DNA of 63,585 nucleotides, the filler included, from Reticulomyxa filosa (taxonomy: Eukaryota; Protista; Foraminifera): assembly GCA_000512085.1 (NCBI GenBank). It is 20 parts of 20 records of this genome, joined end to end, with 100 filler letters (N's around TTAATTAATTAA, not from the genome) between each part and the next. Parts side by side here need not be neighbours in the genome. Positions count along the whole stretch, not along the records: positions 1 to 1,013 come from ASPP01011780.1; positions 1,114 to 2,526 come from ASPP01027717.1; positions 2,627 to 5,809 come from ASPP01028676.1; positions 5,910 to 7,182 come from ASPP01045847.1; positions 7,283 to 10,613 come from ASPP01003171.1; positions 10,714 to 14,150 come from ASPP01021018.1; 14 more parts are not named here. The stretch is one strand, 5' to 3'. The position numbers were made by a program, and so were the translations under genes. Within the stretch, counting starts at the first letter, position 1, and each line of letters begins with the position of its first letter. The notes below the pieces were generated by a model that saw only the letters and a list, made by a program, of their open reading frames with translations, did no database searches and was not told the origin of the DNA. This document shows positions 1 through 12,681 of the stretch, in pieces.

Positions 1-179
1 GCTGTGTGATATTTACATATATGTACAATATATACATATATATACATATAAATATATACATATATATATACATATACATATATGTATACGTATACGTATT
101 ATAAAAGACGCTATGCTGTGGGAAAATTAAACGAGAAGACAAGTTATTTGGACGGATAGTAAAAAATTTAACAACTCGT

Positions 180-1013
180 TTTGATTTTCGCCTGACAAAT
201 GGATTTGATAATTGCCAACAAGCGGAAGTAATCAAGCAAAGAGAGATTAGACGTCTAAAGCAAAGATTGTCGGATGAACATCTCCACATTCAAAGTGAAG
301 AGCGTTTGAATGCTCTCTTGAATCCGGATCCATCGATACAAAACAATCCTGAAATCTATCAAATATTGGAGGGGCTGGGTCTGCTCAACATCCATCATCT
401 TGAGCGTCTTAACACACTCGAAGAAGAAGAAGAAGAACAACACTGTTTTGTGTTTCATCGATTTTGTTGTCAATTGTAAGGTTTACGTCTAATATATAAC
501 ACACAACGATATATACATATACATATACATATATATATACGATACAGTTGATATGGATCAGGACTCTGTGCTACAAAACTCTCGCCGACAGCTGAGAGAA
601 TTAACCGAACACAATCGATGTGCTCGTTTGGCAATGGATCCTCTCCAGACAAACGCATCGCCAAGTAACGATAAACCAATACCAATGTCGCAGGAAGAAA
701 TTGAGACGGCAATAATCATTGAAATGGAGATGGCGAGAGAGGAAGTCAAGACCGAGGCCATCGAACACAAGGATTCCAATCAAATGGCGGCTTCAATGGA
801 CAGTGATTGGAAAGATAACAGTAACAACAATAGCAGTAGCAAAGATGTGGAATTGCCCCAAAAGATTGGAACTGTCGTATGGTATTTGTGTCAACTCAGC
901 ACACACCCCTCCCTGCCACACCCACATCGCAGCCGTGCAAAACCAAGAGATGGGGTCACGCCAGAAACACGGCTGATCGAAGACATGCTATCGAAATGCT
1001 ATGATTTGAATGA
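180..1013 (+). CDS. Partial hypothetical protein (internal exons, probable intron about 476-547)
   Basis: Open frames 267-479 and 553-1013 flank a (TATACA)-rich intron-like stretch ending CAG at 547; splice phase not cleanly resolved; no family recognised. Confidence 0.45.
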
Positions 1014-1113
1014 NNNNNNNNNNNNNNNNNNNNNNNNNNNNNNNNNNNNNNNNNNNNTTAATTAATTAANNNNNNNNNNNNNNNNNNNNNNNNNNNNNNN
1101 NNNNNNNNNNNNN

Positions 1114-2009
1114 GACGTGTACAAGCGTGCACAAAAAGTATTGGACAATGCAAGTGCCATTGGCGCCAAAGTTGTTTATCAAAGCAAAGGACATTGTGGA
1201 CGGCAATGAGAAATTGAACTTGGCATTTACGGCACCTGGATTGGAGCCGTTAAAAAAGGAGGAGCAAAAAGGAATTAACTGGGATTATAGATGATGATCA
1301 TGATCCCACGGGATCTCGCGAAGAACGTGCCTTTCGCATGTGGATCAACACTTTAGGCATCGCTGATCTGTACATCAACAATCTGTTCGAAGACTGCAGA
1401 GATGGTCTCACTCTGCTAAAGGTGATCGACAAAATTGAACCGGGCACCGTGAATTGGAAAAAAGTCGAAATGAAACCAAACAACAAATTCAAAAAGCTGA
1501 GCAATTGCAATACCGCCATTTCGCTAGGAAAGGTCCTGAAACTGAGTCTTGTTGCCACTGGTGGCAGTGACATTGTCGAGGCAAATCACAAGTTGCTGCT
1601 TGGTCTCACTTGGCAACTGATGCGCTTTCATATGCTCAAGTTCTTGGCTGCCATTGCCCATTGCGGCAAGGCTGTCACCGAAGACGATATCTTACGTTGG
1701 GCCAATGATCGCGTCGCCAAGTCCGGCAAACACACTGCCATCAAGTCATTCCAAGACTCGTCCATTTCTTCCAGTCTCTTCTTCCTTGACTTGCTCGCTG
1801 CCATCGAACCCAAAATCATTGACTGGGGCATCGTCACCAAGGCACATACCGACCAGGATAAAATGCTCAATGCTCGCTATGCCATTAGCGTCGCTAGGAA
1901 ATTAGGTGCTGTCATGTTCTTGCTGCCTGAAGACATTGTCGAAGTCAAACACAAAATGTGTCTTACTTTTGTTGCTGCTGTCATGGCCGAGGCTTTGAAA
2001 TCCAAATAG
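1114..2009 (+). CDS. Fimbrin/plastin, C-terminal part (end of CH2, CH3, CH4); 5' truncated, with two homopolymer frameshifts before 1272
   Basis: DIVDGNEKLNLAF, REERAFRMWINTLG, GGSDIVEANHKLLLGLTWQLMR, NARYAISVARKLGAVMFLLPEDIVEVK are fimbrin actin-binding-domain motifs. Confidence 0.95.
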
Positions 2010-3053
2010 TCTTTGATTTTATAGAAGCTATTTCGTTTTTGTGTGCTTTGTTTTTTTTTTTAAAAAAATTGTTTGTGTAAACGATTGTCTCCAAGTTTCA
2101 GTCTATTTCTTGTTCCTACACTTATTAATGCAAAAAGGACCAAAAAAAAATTGTGAGTTTTTTTTAGTAATAATCGCAAGTTGTTGTTTTTTTTTAAAAA
2201 TTTTGTCTTTTTTGTTTCAAAAATATTAGTGTCTTTGAGATTTTATATCAGTGCAGAGTTTTTGCTCAAAGGAAATGAACATTTCTTTTATACATCATAT
2301 CGCACCTCCCCCTTTTCCTCTTCTTAAGGAAAGAATTTGTCATTTATTTTGTTTTTTAAAAGGCAATTCATTTCAAGAAAGAAAAAAATCACGTGAAACA
2401 ATCAAAAAGCTCAATTTTTTTTTGTAATACATATAACCTAATGATTTTTTATTTTTGTGCATCATGTGCGAATATCAAATTTGTTCAATGTAATTATGAG
2501 TTTTTTTTTATCACTCCGGCCGGAGTNNNNNNNNNNNNNNNNNNNNNNNNNNNNNNNNNNNNNNNNNNNNTTAATTAATTAANNNNNNNNNNNNNNNNNN
2601 NNNNNNNNNNNNNNNNNNNNNNNNNNAGAACTTATTGCTCATAAGGATTAACTGAAATATCAGCCATAAAGCAAATTATGATGCACAAACTAATTATTAC
2701 TAAACCTCATTCTACTAAGACATAATGCAAATGCACTGTATTATATTTGACCTCGATTGTCCAGTATGAAAAAATACAAAGTTTGAAAAGAGCCTACACT
2801 TTAAATTCAAGTCAAAATCCAATTGACATCTGCAATCTCATTCTTAAGTGCACCAGCTAAACAACGAAAGGACATTGAGTTTTTTTAAAATTTAGTTTCA
2901 CGATTATTCGAGATAATCCAATTGTCCGACATTGGATTATTACACGTAAAATTTGGATGAATCCAAGACTTGAACAAACTCATTGCCGAATATTTTATGT
3001 TTTTTCATTTAATGGCAAATAATTATTTATTGTTGTTATTTATCATCACACAG

Positions 3054-4125
3054 GTAATTAATTTCTTTATACTTGATACATTTCGTTCATTATCTAAATT
3101 ACTCAAAATATTCACTGGACACACTGATTGTGTTTAGTATTGACTATTCAGTTTTTAACAATGGTGCATTTATTTATTCTGGATCGCATGATGAAACAAT
3201 TCGTGTATGGAACGTAGAGACAAATAAACAGATTAAATTATTCAATGGTCACTCACATTGGCCATATCATTATCATAACCATCATCAAAATATCATTTGT
3301 TCTTCGTCTAGTGACACTACTATTCTTTTTTGGGATATTAAAGGTAATCAACAATTCCAAATATTCAATAGACACACTTATGCTATTTTTGGTATTGAAT
3401 TTTCACCATTTAATGGTGATTGACATTTGTGTTCTGGATCATATGATAAAACTATTTGTTTATGGGATGTTGAAACATCAAAATCATTGCATGTCTTCAG
3501 TGAGCATAAAGATTACGTTTGGTGCGTAGATTTTATACAATTACAAGGCGATAATAACAAAGATAATAATAGTATTGATGTGGTTGGTGGTAATGGATAT
3601 TCCATTTTTTCTGGATCATGTGATAAAATCATTTGTACATGAAATATCGAATCAACCAAACAATTGAATGTATTCAAAGGTTATGGGCATTAGATTAGGA
3701 GTGAAAAATGTGTATCAAATGGAATGAGAATTAGTGATGGAGCCGGCACAATATTATCAAAATCTTGGGACAAAAGTGCTCGTTTGTAGGATGTTCAATC
3801 TGATCAATAAATTCAAGTGTTCAATGAACATACAAAGTGTGCCAATACTGTTGAATATTCACCATTTGTAGTAGATTAATATCGAACTAGGTGGCAGTTC
3901 AAATGTGATATATTCTGGATCAGATGATAATACGATTCGATTTTGAGACATTCAATCAAATAAGAAAGGTTTGTATCTGACCAAAGAAAACGATCAAGGA
4001 TATTATGGAATATTCTGTCTTAAATTTTTGCAGTTAAAAAAGAAAAGCAAAAGTGATTATAGTAATTGTGATATTATTATGTGTTATGGATTATACAATA
4101 GTCCTATTCGTATTTGGGGTAATAT
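3054..4125 (+). pseudogene. WD40-repeat pseudogene
   Basis: SGSHDETIRVWNVE, SGSYDKTICLWDVE and similar repeats interrupted by stops at 3421, 3640, 3691, 3787, 3808 and 3944 plus indels. Confidence 0.85.
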
Positions 4126-4698
4126 CGTTTTTTTTCAAAAACGAAATTTTTTGATTAATAGATGAAGTAAATGTTTCCCCATAATCAATATGTAAAAATT
4201 TAGGTGCTAATCTTCTTGTAAACAATACTTTTAACAAAATAAAAATAATTTAGAAAATGTTTGTTTTTCACATTTTGAAATTGATTGATAGATTTTCTTC
4301 TCGGTTTATGATATTAATCTTTTTCTTTCTGGACTTACCATCAATATAAAGCAGCTGTAAAAAGCTAAACAAAAATACCAAATATAACTATATACGCAAA
4401 ATGTCAAAATAGAAATTCTGTTTTAATGTTTATTTTTTTTGTATTATTGTTTTGCTACTCTTGTTCTCTTTGTGGCATTGTTGACATGCACAAATACAAT
4501 CAACAAACGGAGAGGCGTGGAATAATTCAAGAAGAATAAAAAGAAGATTATCAGCTTTTACATTAGAACATCTTCATGCCATTTTTTTAACTTGATGTTT
4601 TGACATGAAAGATACTAAATTTAATCATTTGCAAATGATCATAACATTTGTCCAGCATATTACAAACAAAACACACTACTCACAGTTAAACAATATAC

Positions 4699-5809
4699 TC
4701 AGCCAAGTGCATCCAAATTCTGATCATCAAAACTATATTTTATTTGTACTTCATGTTCTACATACTCTTTTCCTTTCATGGTCATTGTCACCCGAATCAT
4801 TGATTCACCAAAATAAAAACGAACATACAATTCATCCTTCAAATCGTCGAAGTCTTTTGGAAATGGAACTTTAATCCTTCCTAAACACTTGCATCCCGTT
4901 ATCACTACTGGATCTATTTCCTCAGTACGGTAAATTGGGACATATGCAGTTTTGGAACTTTTAATTAGTTTTTTGTAACTATTTTCAGCCATCTATTAAT
5001 ATAATAAAAACATCAACATTTGGTTTCAAACATAAAAATGGATGACAACAAATATTAAAATATTAACTTGTCCCACGTCCACTTCCTCATCTTTTTGCAC
5101 AAATACATCAAAACAATCGCCAACGTACTCTTTATTCTTAATATCACTAACATATTTGAATTTGTCGATATGATCTTTACTAATTTTTGGATGAGATCGA
5201 GCATATTCTATTGGCCAACCACAGCCAGTCCCATAGGTGTATTTAACAATTCTAGAAGTAATGAAAGAAGAGATTCTGGACAATTGAGCGGCTCCTTCAA
5301 TTACTGATAAAATAGGTCTTTTAGGAGTTACAAATGTGTATTTTGGCTCGTAATGTTGTTTGAGTTTGTATTGTAAATAAGGAGATTGACTAAATCCACC
5401 CACTAAACACATATATTTCAGTTTTCCACTCAATATTTTTTCATTTTTATTCAACAGTTCATCCATGTTTTCTATGATTGGATCAATTCTCAAATCAAAT
5501 AACTTAATCCACAATTGACAAGAAAGCGACAAAAATTCATGATCATATTCATGTCTATTACAGTCATTTCAGCATCGTGCAAATTAATAAATCATATTCG
5601 CTTTCAAAAAGAGATAGGAAAAAGTAAGCAGATAGCAAACCCCGATTCTTCAAGATATTCAAACGTGGCAACCAATTCTTCCAAATCATCATCAATCTCT
5701 TTTTTCATGAATTGATCAAATTCAAATGGAATTTGAATTCGATGAACTCCAGTTTTCTTTTCGATTTTGAAAAATCGTTGTTTGCTGTCTTCAATAGCTC
5801 TCAATATTT
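4699..5809 (-). CDS. HSPA12-like atypical Hsp70, C-terminal part, spliced (intron 4993-5067; another near 5556-5640); 5' truncated
   Basis: CLVGGFSQSPYLQ, SVIEGAA, ITSRIVKYTYG, FYFGESMIRVT are HSPA12-type motifs; phase-0 GT..AG intron joins the two ORFs. Confidence 0.85.
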
Positions 5810-6025
5810 NNNNNNNNNNNNNNNNNNNNNNNNNNNNNNNNNNNNNNNNNNNNTTAATTAATTAANNNNNNNNNNNNNNNNNNNNNNNNNNNNNNNNNNN
5901 NNNNNNNNNTATCTTTTGGTATTTTATGTATTATTTTTCTATTATTTTTATAAAAAAAAAAAAATATATCATAAAATAAAACACATAAACAGAGAAAATA
6001 TTTTAAACCATTCAAAATTTTTCAA

Positions 6026-6880
6026 TTGCATTCAAATGCTAATAGTGTAAAATTTTCTCCAGATGGTGCCAAAATTATTTTATCGTCACAAGATAAAACA
6101 ATTAAAATATTGGATGTTGGATCAGGAGAAGAAATTAGAATATTAAAAGGACATACAGATTGTGTAAATGATGCAAAATTTTCACCAGATGGAAAAATGA
6201 TTGTATCATGTTCAAATGATAAGACAATTATATTATGGGATGCAAAAACATGTACAAAAATAAATGAATGTAAAGGACATACAGATATTATAACAAGTGT
6301 TCAATTCTCATTAGATGGAAAAAAAATTTTATCTGGTTCATATGATGGAACATTTCGAATATGGAATGTAAATACTGGAGAAGAAATAGCAATTTTAAAA
6401 GAAGAAGAATCAGGTAGAATAATCAATCTACAAATTTCATTTGATGGTCAACAAGTTGTGTCCATATCAAATGGCCAAAGAATTGAAATTTGGGATTTTG
6501 AAACAGGTGAAAAGTTACATAAATTAGGATGGGAATACAGATATGAAAAAAAAGCAAGATTTTCACCAGATGGTCTTTTTGTCGTATCTTGTTCTGAGGA
6601 AAAAGTAATATCAATATGGAAAGTAGCATCAGAAGAACAAATGAAAACATTAAAAGGGCATTTTGATACAATAAACGATGTCCAATTTTTTCCAGATGGT
6701 AAAAATATTATATCCTGCTCAGAAGATAATACAATTCGATTATGGGATATAGAACTAGGAATAGAAGTACAAAAATTAGAAGAATATTCTAGAGGTATAA
6801 TAGGAATAGATGTTTCACCAAATGGTGATATGATTGTGTCATCTGAGGCTGAAACAATTCGTCTGTGGAAACTAATATAA
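6026..6880 (+). CDS. WD40-repeat protein (about 7 repeats), probably a terminal exon
   Basis: Repeated GH...V.FSPDG..IVS.S.DKTI..WD units. Confidence 0.95.
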   Translation: MHSNANSVKFSPDGAKIILSSQDKTIKILDVGSGEEIRILKGHTDCVNDAKFSPDGKMIVSCSNDKTIILWDAKTCTKINECKGHTDIITSVQFSLDGKKILSGSYDGTFRIWNVNTGEEIAILKEEESGRIINLQISFDGQQVVSISNGQRIEIWDFETGEKLHKLGWEYRYEKKARFSPDGLFVVSCSEEKVISIWKVASEEQMKTLKGHFDTINDVQFFPDGKNIISCSEDNTIRLWDIELGIEVQKLEEYSRGIIGIDVSPNGDMIVSSEAETIRLWKLI

Positions 6881-7282
6881 AAAAATTTCTTTTTTTTTTT
6901 AAGAGTAATTGATATTTTACTGATACTTATTGTAAATTCAAAAAATTAAATATTGCTCATTAAAAGCAATTGTTGATTTGCAACAAGAAAAAAGGGAATA
7001 CTCTTTATAAGTTCAAAAATTGTTAATCATTCTTATAAAAAGAATGGGTAATATCACTGCAACTGAGGCTACAATAATACACTTGGTAAACTTTTACAAA
7101 AAAAATTTATCTATATCTGTTTTGAACAAACAAAAAAATTGTATTGTTTAGTCTGAAAAAGAGATAAAAATAATAATTGGAANNNNNNNNNNNNNNNNNN
7201 NNNNNNNNNNNNNNNNNNNNNNNNNNTTAATTAATTAANNNNNNNNNNNNNNNNNNNNNNNNNNNNNNNNNNNNNNNNNNNN

Positions 7283-7715
7283 TTTTTTTTTTTACCCGTT
7301 TTTACGCTTATTTGATTCTTCAAATCCTCTACGTCGTTCCAAGGAAACATGTTCAATTGCAGGGTCATCTGGTCATTCGCAAACTTTCCTTTCATTTGTC
7401 GCTTCAACTCTTCATCAAATTCTACATTTATTATCAATCGCAAGGAATCTATTGCTCGCTGCCGACTTATGTTCGAAGACGCTTTTACACTCCTAAGTTT
7501 TCCATGTTTGTTTGTGCGTGTGCGTGTGTCGACTCTTTTTGTTGCTTCTGGTGTTTTCTTTGCTTCGTGTTGTTTTGTGCTGTTTTTTCTCTCTCTCTCT
7601 TTCTTACTCTTCCAACAAGAAAAACCAACCGAATGGAGCCTTCAACAACCACAGCTTTCGCATCTCTTGAAATTGGAACCAACTTGGGAGTATGCGACAT
7701 ATCACTTATGAACAC
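7283..7715 (-). CDS. Partial hypothetical protein, possible ubiquitin-like fold; intron about 7494-7607; 3' truncated
   Basis: GTAAG donor after VGR and TTAG acceptor; MTLQLNMFPWNDVEDLKNQISVKTG resembles a UBL beta2-alpha1 segment. Confidence 0.4.
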
Positions 7716-8747
7716 CAGCTGTTCAAGAAAGCTACAACAAGCAGCTCATGAGCAAAACAAAAATTCGCTCAAGGGGGTTTCTCTATCGCGGAACTAGTGT
7801 TTCCGGGTACGGCTGCTTGAGGTGAAACAGACTACATCTAAAGTTTCAATAAGAAACATTCAAACCTTTTAAATTTTTTTTAACTTATCCACTTTTGTTT
7901 TATATTTTCTAGTGCTGATCCTACTTCCATAATGATGCACACGAAAGAGATTGAAGCATAGTTCAGTTGATAACTTTCCTTGTTAATCGATATACAACGA
8001 TGTAATTTCAATATGAAATATTTGTATGTTTTATTTTGAATGTTAGTACAATGTACAACTACAAAAAACTGTACACTTGTTAAAAGAAATCAACGTTTGA
8101 AGATTTTTCAAAAAAACTTTGCTGTTTGTTTTGGTTTTCGTTTTCCTGTTTTGCACTTCAGTTAGTTATAATTTCTTTTTTTTTCAAGTAAAGTCAGTTT
8201 TTTTTTAACAGGAGACAGAAACGCAAAATGTAAAACAAAAGTTTGTGAGTAAGTCAAAGTTTCTGACAATAGAAACAGTCACATGATTACAGAGGTGGTG
8301 AAATAACCAAAATGAATTGTCAATATAGAAGCAATTTAAAAAACATAACTAAAATTTTTGAATCATTCAAACGATAAAACAACTCATTTTGGAAAAGATC
8401 TTTTTCCATAATTTTCTACCCAAATACTGCTTATTGTACTTGTTTAAAAATCATCTCAAAGTGCTAGGCGATCTAAAATACAAGTTGTGTTAAGTGAATA
8501 TTTAAAATTTTATCTAGGGTGTAGCAAAGGAAATTTATTTGAAAAAGAAGTTAAACACTAGCAGAAAACGTCAATTTTATTTTTTAAGGTCCCAAGTTCC
8601 TTTGGTTTAAACTTTCAAGTTTAAGCCCTTCACAAGCCCAAATCCAAACAAGGCTTTGATATGTTGATCCATTCTTTGCAGCTCTTGCTTGTGGGTATCA
8701 CTTTCTCCGTTTGGTGTTGGTTGTTTGTCCTTTAGCTTTACGTTTTT

Positions 8748-9468
8748 GTGGTTTTTTTTAAAGTATGGACGTTTTATCCAATGATGGCAGTGAAACATGG
8801 CTTCTCTCTCGCAAGTCCAGACCCAGAGGATGAAATTTTAACAGAAAATATGACCATAAGTGATTCAACAATCTCACCAGTACCTGAACCAACACAAGCC
8901 CCAACTCTTGCACCATACGAAACTAGCATGATTGGTTTTCCTTCAATGCTACCAAGCGTGGCATCTCCCTCAAGTTACGCACGTAGTCCGGCAGTATCGC
9001 CGACGGCTGTTGTTTCAGTCCAGGAGAATGAACAGTACATATCAACAACAGAACTCAAAGACACATTCTCGAGCACAAGCGCAAACACAACCATCGTTGA
9101 AGAAAAAGATAATACAATATCGTTCCAAAAGTTGTCATTGCAAGCTGGGATTACTTGGGGTCTCATTTGTCTTTTGCTCATTCTCGTCATCGCGTGCGTA
9201 TTTAGGGAAAAAATCAGCTCTTTATATTATAAATGCTATCGGTTATTTTGTGTGTTTTAATAATGAAATGTCCTCTTTGTTGTTTGTGTTTATAACTTCG
9301 TTAATCTCGCCGATTATTGCAACGTTTTGTCTGTTTGCATTATTGTGAATGTACAGAAAGTATATCCAGGGATACGAGCAACAGGCCAAGGATGCAACTG
9401 ACTCTGAAGACTCAAATGAAGAAGATTGCCTTGTCAAAACTTCAATAAAACCAGAAAACCAACTTTGA
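8748..9468 (+). CDS. Ser/Thr/Pro-rich single-pass membrane protein; start uncertain; probable intron after about 9241
   Basis: Mucin-like stalk followed by hydrophobic GITWGLICLLLILVIACVF and a short acidic tail exon. Confidence 0.5.
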
Positions 9469-9962
9469 AATATCACTCAATATTTTTTTAATTTAGTTTA
9501 CTTTCCTTTGTGTTTTCTCTCTTTCATCCCTCCCTCTCGTATACGTGCACATATTTTTTTATTCACTGTAAAAGAACGGAGCGGGATAGAGAGGAGAAAA
9601 CACAAACATATGTTTTCAATTGTTAAGCTTTGTGTAGTTAGTTTGCGAACTTTTTATTCCAAATTTTATTTATTTGCATTTTGTTTACCCCGAAGCAAAT
9701 ACTCTTTTCTTGATTTGATCGTATTTATGTCCAAAAAAAAAAAAAAAAGTGTCTTCTAAAAGTGGTGCATATGCCAAATATTTAAATAACATAATTTCAT
9801 CAAGTCAAATTTTGCTTCCATCAAAAGATGTGCAAAATATGTTAGTGAATTACTTGTATGATTTATATAATCCAAAGTCCTACCGAGTTTGGTTGTTACA
9901 GCCAAGTCCAACAAAAAGATCACCCACAACATTTTTTTAATAGGTGAATTGTTTTCTTTAAG

Positions 9963-10527
9963 ATGAATTGTGGAAAAATGTTAGGTTTGTTGAAAGTGCA
10001 GAGGAATAATTCATTGTTGGTAAAGTCTTTTCGTTGCTTCAGCGCAATAACCCATGTGGAAAACTGGCGAAAGCTTCGCAGTGGAACAGCAGCGAATTTG
10101 GATTCGAACACGACCTCAAAATATTGGAAGCGAACATTAGAAGATTTGCACAACACACTGCAAGAGATTCGATCAGGTGGAAATGAGAAAGCACGACAAC
10201 TCCACGAGAGTCGTGGCAAATTGCTTGTCCGCGATCGAATCAGTCAATTGATCGACAGTGGCACAAGTTTCTTGGAGCTCTCGCCATTGGCGGGTTATAA
10301 CATTTACGAAAGCACAATGCAAAGTTTACAACTCAAATCCCCGACAGTCCCTGCGGGCGGTATTGTCACAGGCATTGGGAGTATACACGGCGTGGAATGT
10401 ATGATCGTTGCAAATGACGCCACGGTGAGCGGCGGTACATATCATCCGATCACAGTCAAAAAGCATTTGAGAGCACAAGAGGTTGCTCAGCAATGCCGTT
10501 TGCCATGCATTTATCTAGTCGATTCTG
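9963..10527 (+). CDS. MCCC2: 3-methylcrotonyl-CoA carboxylase beta subunit, exon 1 with mitochondrial-presequence-like N-terminus; 3' truncated
   Basis: [64 protein letters not shown]. Confidence 0.95.
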
Positions 10528-10713
10528 GTTCAGAACTAACTGCACACATACCCAAAAAAAAAGAATTTCTGGATTTTTTTTTTTATGTATTTAAAAAATG
10601 ACACACAAAACATNNNNNNNNNNNNNNNNNNNNNNNNNNNNNNNNNNNNNNNNNNNNTTAATTAATTAANNNNNNNNNNNNNNNNNNNNNNNNNNNNNNN
10701 NNNNNNNNNNNNN

Positions 10714-12318
10714 TTTAAGAAAAGAACTTCAAATAAACGAAAATATTTGGATAAGTAAATCCGAGCATTGAAAAAACGAATGACAATAGCTTTGACGGTC
10801 ATGAGCCACTGCAACACTAATAAGCACAAGAGTACCCGGAAAAAGCGGGTCAACTTTCCATAGTCTTCGGCTAGATACCACACATCGATGTCGGAAAAGA
10901 TGTTGACCAAAACCATAAACCAACAAAATGTCAGATTGATATGAAAGAAACGAGACACGTTGTTTTCCAAAGGGAAATAATAAAAATAGATTTTCCAATT
11001 GTTGCTCAAAAAGATTTGCAATGCAAAGGAAAGCATGGCTGAAATTATTTTCCCAACCGGAATAAACCAAAACAATCCAGTCAACCAATAGAACCATACA
11101 TACGCCGGGACTTTCGTGGCTATCTTGTCTTTATCCAAAAACTGGTACAATGCACCTCCGCCAAAAAATCCGCATCCTTTTCAAACAACCAAGACTACAA
11201 TCAACACACTAGGATTCAGATGGAGGAGAAAAAAAGGTATTCAAAAAAAAGGTTGAGACGTGGTCCCCATACATTTTTTTAAAATATTTTTTCTTTCTCC
11301 CTCCCCTTTTTTTTTTTTCCTTATAATTTCTGCTACTTTCCAGGGGGGAGGGGAAGAAAGAACCTTTTTTTTTAAAAAAAAGGGATTAAAAAAAAAAAGA
11401 ATTTTTTTAATGTGACAAAAAAACAAAAAAGTGTACGTAACCAATAAGCAAGTATAACCAAGACTTGTAAAGAATGTATAAAATAGCAGCAATAGGCTTT
11501 TTTTGAGAGTGGGTACGAATATAATGGATACAAGCAAACTCGTCTTGGTTGACGTCAATCATTTCGTCCACTGCCTCAAGAGCAGCGTGCCTGGCTTTGT
11601 TGACTTCACTTTTGTTCTTTGTTTTTTTCTTTTCCGATTCCACTCGAATTGGTGGTGACGACATTTGTCGTAGAGCGTGCTCGTCTGGACCCTCTTCGTC
11701 CTCTTCTGTTTCTTTCCCTTTTGTTTTCTCACTTTTCGATTGCTTCAATGGACCCATTTCGACCGCAACAAACTCTTTTGGATCGACCGATTGTTGCGTT
11801 TTCAATTCGACATTTGCTTTTGCTTTTGATGCAAATACTTCTTTTTCTTCTTCGTCGTTGTCGTCGTCATCGTCGTCTTCCTCCTCTTCTTCATCGTCGT
11901 CATCATCATCGCCATCGTCGTTGTTATCATTATTATCGTCGTCGTCATCTTCGTCCACTCCATTGTTTTTCATATACTGTTTCAAGTCATCCGAACGTGC
12001 AGTGTCCATGTAATGATCTACCCACACGCTTTTCGCAAACTCATTCGATGCATTTGCTTGGGGATCATTGTGTCTCTTCCCAGTTATTGCTGGCGCTTCT
12101 GTTTCGTTCGGAGACTGGTCCAGCTCTTCATCAAACTCATCCCGCAATCTTGGAGGGAGACTTTTTCTTGACTGAAAATTTATATTGTCGCCGATGCTCA
12201 CTATACCTGCTTTCTCCTTGCTTTCTACCCCAGATAGGGGCGCTGCATTTGATGTCTGATTGTGTGACGCAGCATCTAGCTTTGTGCTATATTTTTCCTG
12301 TTCTGAAATTGGCTGCAT
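10714..12318 (-). CDS. MscS-like mechanosensitive channel (plant MSL4-10/fungal Msy type), N-terminal part with long acidic tail; spliced; 3' truncated
   Basis: KIYFYYFPLENNV and RVLLCLLVLQWLMTVKAIVIRFFNARIYLSKYF parallel the MSL pattern VLYFVYGL...KVLVCLLV...KTLLVKVLASSFHVSTYF; pore and cage region lie beyond the contig end. Confidence 0.65.
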
Positions 12319-12681
12319 ATTTTATATTAATATATATATATTATCCGTAAAAAAAAATTCGTACTTGTTTGTCGTTGCCAAGTTGGTAACGCTTCAAAAC
12401 TTTCCAGTTACAAAAAATATCAAACTTATCGTTCAGAGGCTTAAATAAGCAAAAGAAAAGGCTATTTTCTTAGTACTAAGCTTAAAACAGTGTAAGACAT
12501 TAACTTGCAATAACACAAAACACGTTCTATAAAAGTAAAACGCTACAATAAAGAGTTAGTAGCTAATGATAAAATGTATGAACACAAAACTGTAAAACTG
12601 TTTGTTCAAAGAGTACTTTTTAGAACTTCTAAATTTTGGAACGTAAAAAAAACTTTAGAACTAGCACTAATATTAGGAAAA

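Noticed and set aside
3421-3946. Stop-codon reassignment (TGA/TAG read as Trp, TAA as Gln)
   Set aside because: Intact genes end with TAA, TAG and TGA and have no internal stops; the same region also has indels
11549-12350. Long plus-strand ORFs with poly-Ser or poly-Arg
   Set aside because: Antisense shadows of the Asp/Glu-rich exon
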